A DNA stretch of 64,000 bases, from assembly GCF_036321535.1 (NCBI RefSeq), contig NC_087437.1, forward strand, positions 52,082,001-52,146,000, in the 5' to 3' direction. The stretch comes from Camelus dromedarius (lineage: Eukaryota). Positions 60,547-64,000 of this stretch are shown one piece after another. A program made the translations under genes and the position numbers. The notes under the pieces were generated by a model, which made no database searches, had not been told where the DNA came from, and worked only from the letters and a program-made list of their open reading frames with translations. How positions within the stretch are numbered: position 1 is the stretch's first letter; each line of letters starts with the position of its first letter.

Positions 60547-62729
60547 TCATTTGCCCTTTTTATATCTCACACTTAACTCTCCTGCAAAGATGCAAGCCCT
60601 AATGAACAGCAAAGTGATAGCCCTTGATGGATGGATGCTGCCTCTTTAGAGTATTTATCTTAGTAGGATTTAGGTGCACATTACATCCAGATGTGACTTC
60701 CATGCCTCTGTTGATTTAACAAACAAAAACAAACAGAAAAAAACAGGACAGGATTTGGTCTTTGTTTTTTAAATAGACAGGGTGGAAGATCTTAGTAGGC
60801 CAGGTGACTATGCTGATGTGAAGAAGCTGGGGCGAATTAGAAGAAAGCAGAGGCATTCTTTGTAGTACGGAGGACAGAACTGGTACCTGTGGGTAGCTGC
60901 TGTGGAGATGGAGATGTTGGCTTGGTATGAGAATTTTCTGACATTACCTGTTGCCAGAGGTGTGTGATGAGTGGCCTGATGTCTGTCTCTCAAAGTTAAT
61001 GCAGAAGGATTCCTGCCACTGGTTGATTTTTAGATCTTGTGGAGTGTTAAGATCTTAGGAGTCTGTAGTTGTATTAAACTCCGAAAAGTGCATGTTTGTT
61101 GATGTGCTGGATGCCTTTAGTTAGACCCTAACAGCCAGCCTGAATTAATAGAATATGTTGTCTGTGGCAATTGAGGGTTACTGGGTGTGGTTTTTCTGCT
61201 GCTTAATATGACACCCCTTCACAGACATTGAGAAGATTGTTTCTGCTGAGTGGAGTCTATTTGAGATCATATGTATGTGAGACCACATCAGAGCCAGTGG
61301 TGGTTCTTTATCCTTTATCCTCCCCTTGCACCCGCTCAGGATATGGGAGTGGATTCCCTATCAAAGCAAGTAATGCCATCACTTCTACCACCTCCTGGGA
61401 ATTTTGGATCCTGCCGCAGTTTAGTTTGATCGAGTTACAGATGGCCTTTCCCCTCCAACTGTGTTCCTGCTGAAGCTCTTAGGCCTTCCTACAATACACG
61501 GCAGAGATCTTTTTTCTCTTCAGAAGGACTAACAGCTCATTATTTTGCATTAAAACAACTGAGCAGGCCATTCTTAACTGCACTGTGTTGGGTAGCACCT
61601 GTTTGTTAAGGTCAGAGAATCCAAATACCAAACAGCAGAGCTCTGCAGAGTTTGAGCTGCTTTAATGTGTGTGGTATTCGTGAGTGGCTGATACACCATT
61701 ACTGCAGAGTGCAGCCTTTTGTCTGGAGCACTGTCCCAAATCAGTTACTGTGTCACCCCTGAAAGCTCACACTCCTTTCATATAGTATCAGAACATAGGA
61801 TTCAGCATGTTCAGCAATGAGACATCTCCTTTGGTTAAAGCAGAAGGAAAGGAAGAGAAGATGAAGGTGAAATGTGGGCCGCTGCTCAGCACAGTCTGTT
61901 CTGACAAAAGTTGCCGCCTTGGAACTTGTGTGTTGCTTTCCATACGTATCTTAGGGGCATTCCAGTTGTTCTATTATGACACGAGTAAGTTTTAGCACCC
62001 TGGTTTTGTAGTGAAATATCTGTTAATGATAGATATTATTCCAAGTACAGCATATTCTGAAAGGAGAGACCTCACTCTACATGGTTAAGTCACTTTTTCA
62101 TTTATTGAGTCAATTAAGGCTACCTTTTTATGGTACTAAGTGGGGCAGTTCATATCTGTCTCTGGGAATTTCACGGCAGTGTGTAAGAGAAAATGAATTT
62201 ATACAGAAATTTCTTTGTAATCTTTGGAAAGAAGAAATTCTCTAATTCCAATGACCTCTCCCTGCATTTTGCTTTTAGCTCTGAGAAACCTTCTTCAACA
62301 ATGCCAGGCACCTCCTTCTCCCCACTTGCCATTTCCTCCACGAGTGTTGTCATTCCCCAGTCAGTACACACCTCTACCTGCAAGTCTCTTCACTTGGCCC
62401 CACTGCCTCTGTCTCCTGGGGTTTCAGCCCATCCTCCTCTACTTCTTCTACTGCTGAGAAAACTTCAGTTGCTCCCTGTCACTAACAAAGTTAAGTCTGA
62501 ATAGGTTTAGATTGACCGTCTAGGCTTTTGATGCATCACCAGCCCACATTTCATCCTCATCTTCTCTTTCTTTCCTTCTTCTTCAACTGAAGGGAATTTC
62601 TCACTTTCCTAAACATAACCAATCCCATGTCCATACATTTGCTCTTCCCCTCCTTCCCACAATCTGGGATGTCTTTCCTTCCCTCCCTTCAGAAGTGATG
62701 CCTTTTTTTAGCCTCCAGGTCAAATTCTA

Positions 62730-63140
62730 CTTCATTCATTAAAACAATATTTACTGGATGTCTACTATGTACCAGGCATAGGTCTAAGTGCGAGGGATGC
62801 TGCAGGGAACAAAACCAAGTCCCTCCCCTCACAGAGCACACATTCAGGTGGCAGGCGGTAGATATTAAATAAGTAAAGATGTGGTACGTCAGATTCTGAC
62901 AAGGCTGTGGAGAGAAAGCACAACGAAGGAGATGAAAGATTGCTGTTTTATATGGAGTGGTCACCACAGGTTGATAGCTAACATCTTCTACCTGAAAAAC
63001 AATGAAGGTGCAGTCATGTGAGCATAAGGGAGAAGAGCGTTCCAGACAGAAAGGACAGCAAGCGCAAAGTTCTGGAAGCAGGAACATGCTGCGGGGCCCC
63101 AGGAGCAATATGGGGACATAGCTTGGTGGCCATGGTGGTG
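62730..63140 (-). mobile_element. L2 fragment
   Basis: ttcattcattaaaacaatatttactggatgtctactatgtaccaggcata L2 3'-end motif. Confidence 0.8.
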
Positions 63141-64000
63141 AATACTTCCGGGGGCTTTCTTCCTCCTTGTTTTCTGGCTCACTGAGAAATCAATTGAGAA
63201 CATGGAGGGAGGGATTAACATTGGAGGTTTGAAGAGAGAGGTGATGGTAAGCCTCTAGTATAGTGGGTGAGTAAACAGACCAGGGAAATACCAGGGGGGC
63301 CCACTTGGACTTCACAGCATTGACTTTAAACGTCTTTGAACTGATCACCTCTTCCTTTCCGATTCTTGTAGCAGTGATTACCCATCCTTCATTTGGCACT
63401 TGGCACAAACTACCTTCTGTTGTTTTCGGTGTTGTTTTTAAATGTGTTACCTGCATCCTGAGCTGCTTTGAGGCAACTTTCAATATGCACCCAACAGAAA
63501 AGGACAAAAACAAATAACTGAGTGTCAGAAAAATATGAAAATATACCAGAGTAGAATTCAATAATAGCTGAAAAGCATTTGGGGAGGAGGAATCTTGAAT
63601 CAAAACTTTTTTGTATCTCTATTAACTAAAACAGGACAGTTTATTACAATTGAATAATATTTAAATCATTACTGTAGTAATTACAGTGAAACCCACATTT
63701 GCATGGCCTCAATTTCTGTCCCGCATATTTACCTTGATTTCCAGAAAAAAATAAGTTTTTTTTAACAGGTACCCAGTTTATTAATTTCTTTTAATTTACA
63801 CTGTCATGTCAGAGATACTTGGTATGGACTGCAGTGGTCGCCATGAAACTTGCTGAGAAGAGCACACAGAGGCTGCACGCTTTGAGTAAATGTCTGGCAT
63901 AGTTTTCTCATGGGCACAGTAGTCCTGGACAGGCACTGCAGGACCCAGGGACTTCCTGAGCCTAAGTACAAGTTCATTCCACAAAGGGATCTATAAAGAT

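Noticed and set aside
61282..61320. TTSEPVVVLYP resembles the next VPS8 exon (GTSEPVLDPQQ..., recalled)
   Set aside because: No polypyrimidine acceptor, and similarity ends after five residues; the true exon probably lies beyond the window.
63837..63849. GTCGCCATGAAAC, X-box-like and Kozak-like
   Set aside because: Imperfect X-box, and the ATG opens only 19 codons; too weak to call.
1..64000. CRISPR arrays, operons or other prokaryotic-type systems
   Set aside because: No repeat-spacer arrays or dense coding; the window is spliced mammalian gene sequence, and the other short supplied ORFs fall in repeats or look random.

Overview
Mammalian genomic DNA, not prokaryotic. It is most likely from a camelid (alpaca, llama or camel), judged from three tRNA-derived SINEs resembling the camelid VicSINE family. 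The whole window lies inside one + strand gene, VPS8 (CORVET tethering complex subunit). Ten internal coding exons (1021 nt; 1 nt plus 340 codons) have GT-AG ends and compatible phases and splice into one open frame from ...EGIHINQESLQISPCITEQF... through the C-terminal RING-H2 finger to ...KGDPAVKK. Neither the start codon nor the last exons are in the window. The introns are mostly transposon fossils: L1 of several ages, L2, MIR, SINEs, MLT1 and MER21 LTRs, MER5A, Tigger2a-like and MER46C-like elements, and a near full-length dead Tigger1. I found no convincing new biological system. The most unusual observations are structural: a triplicated target site around two 3'-truncated L1 5' segments that split a DNA transposon, two L1MB copies flanking one exon that share private variants, a small 5'-inverted L1, and a ~370 bp polypyrimidine tract grown from a SINE tail. 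More speculative candidates are alternative 3' ends of VPS8 and RFX/CRE/EGR motifs in the repeat-poor DNA after the last exon. Repeat subfamily names come from recalled consensus sequences, and the boundaries of old repeats are approximate.
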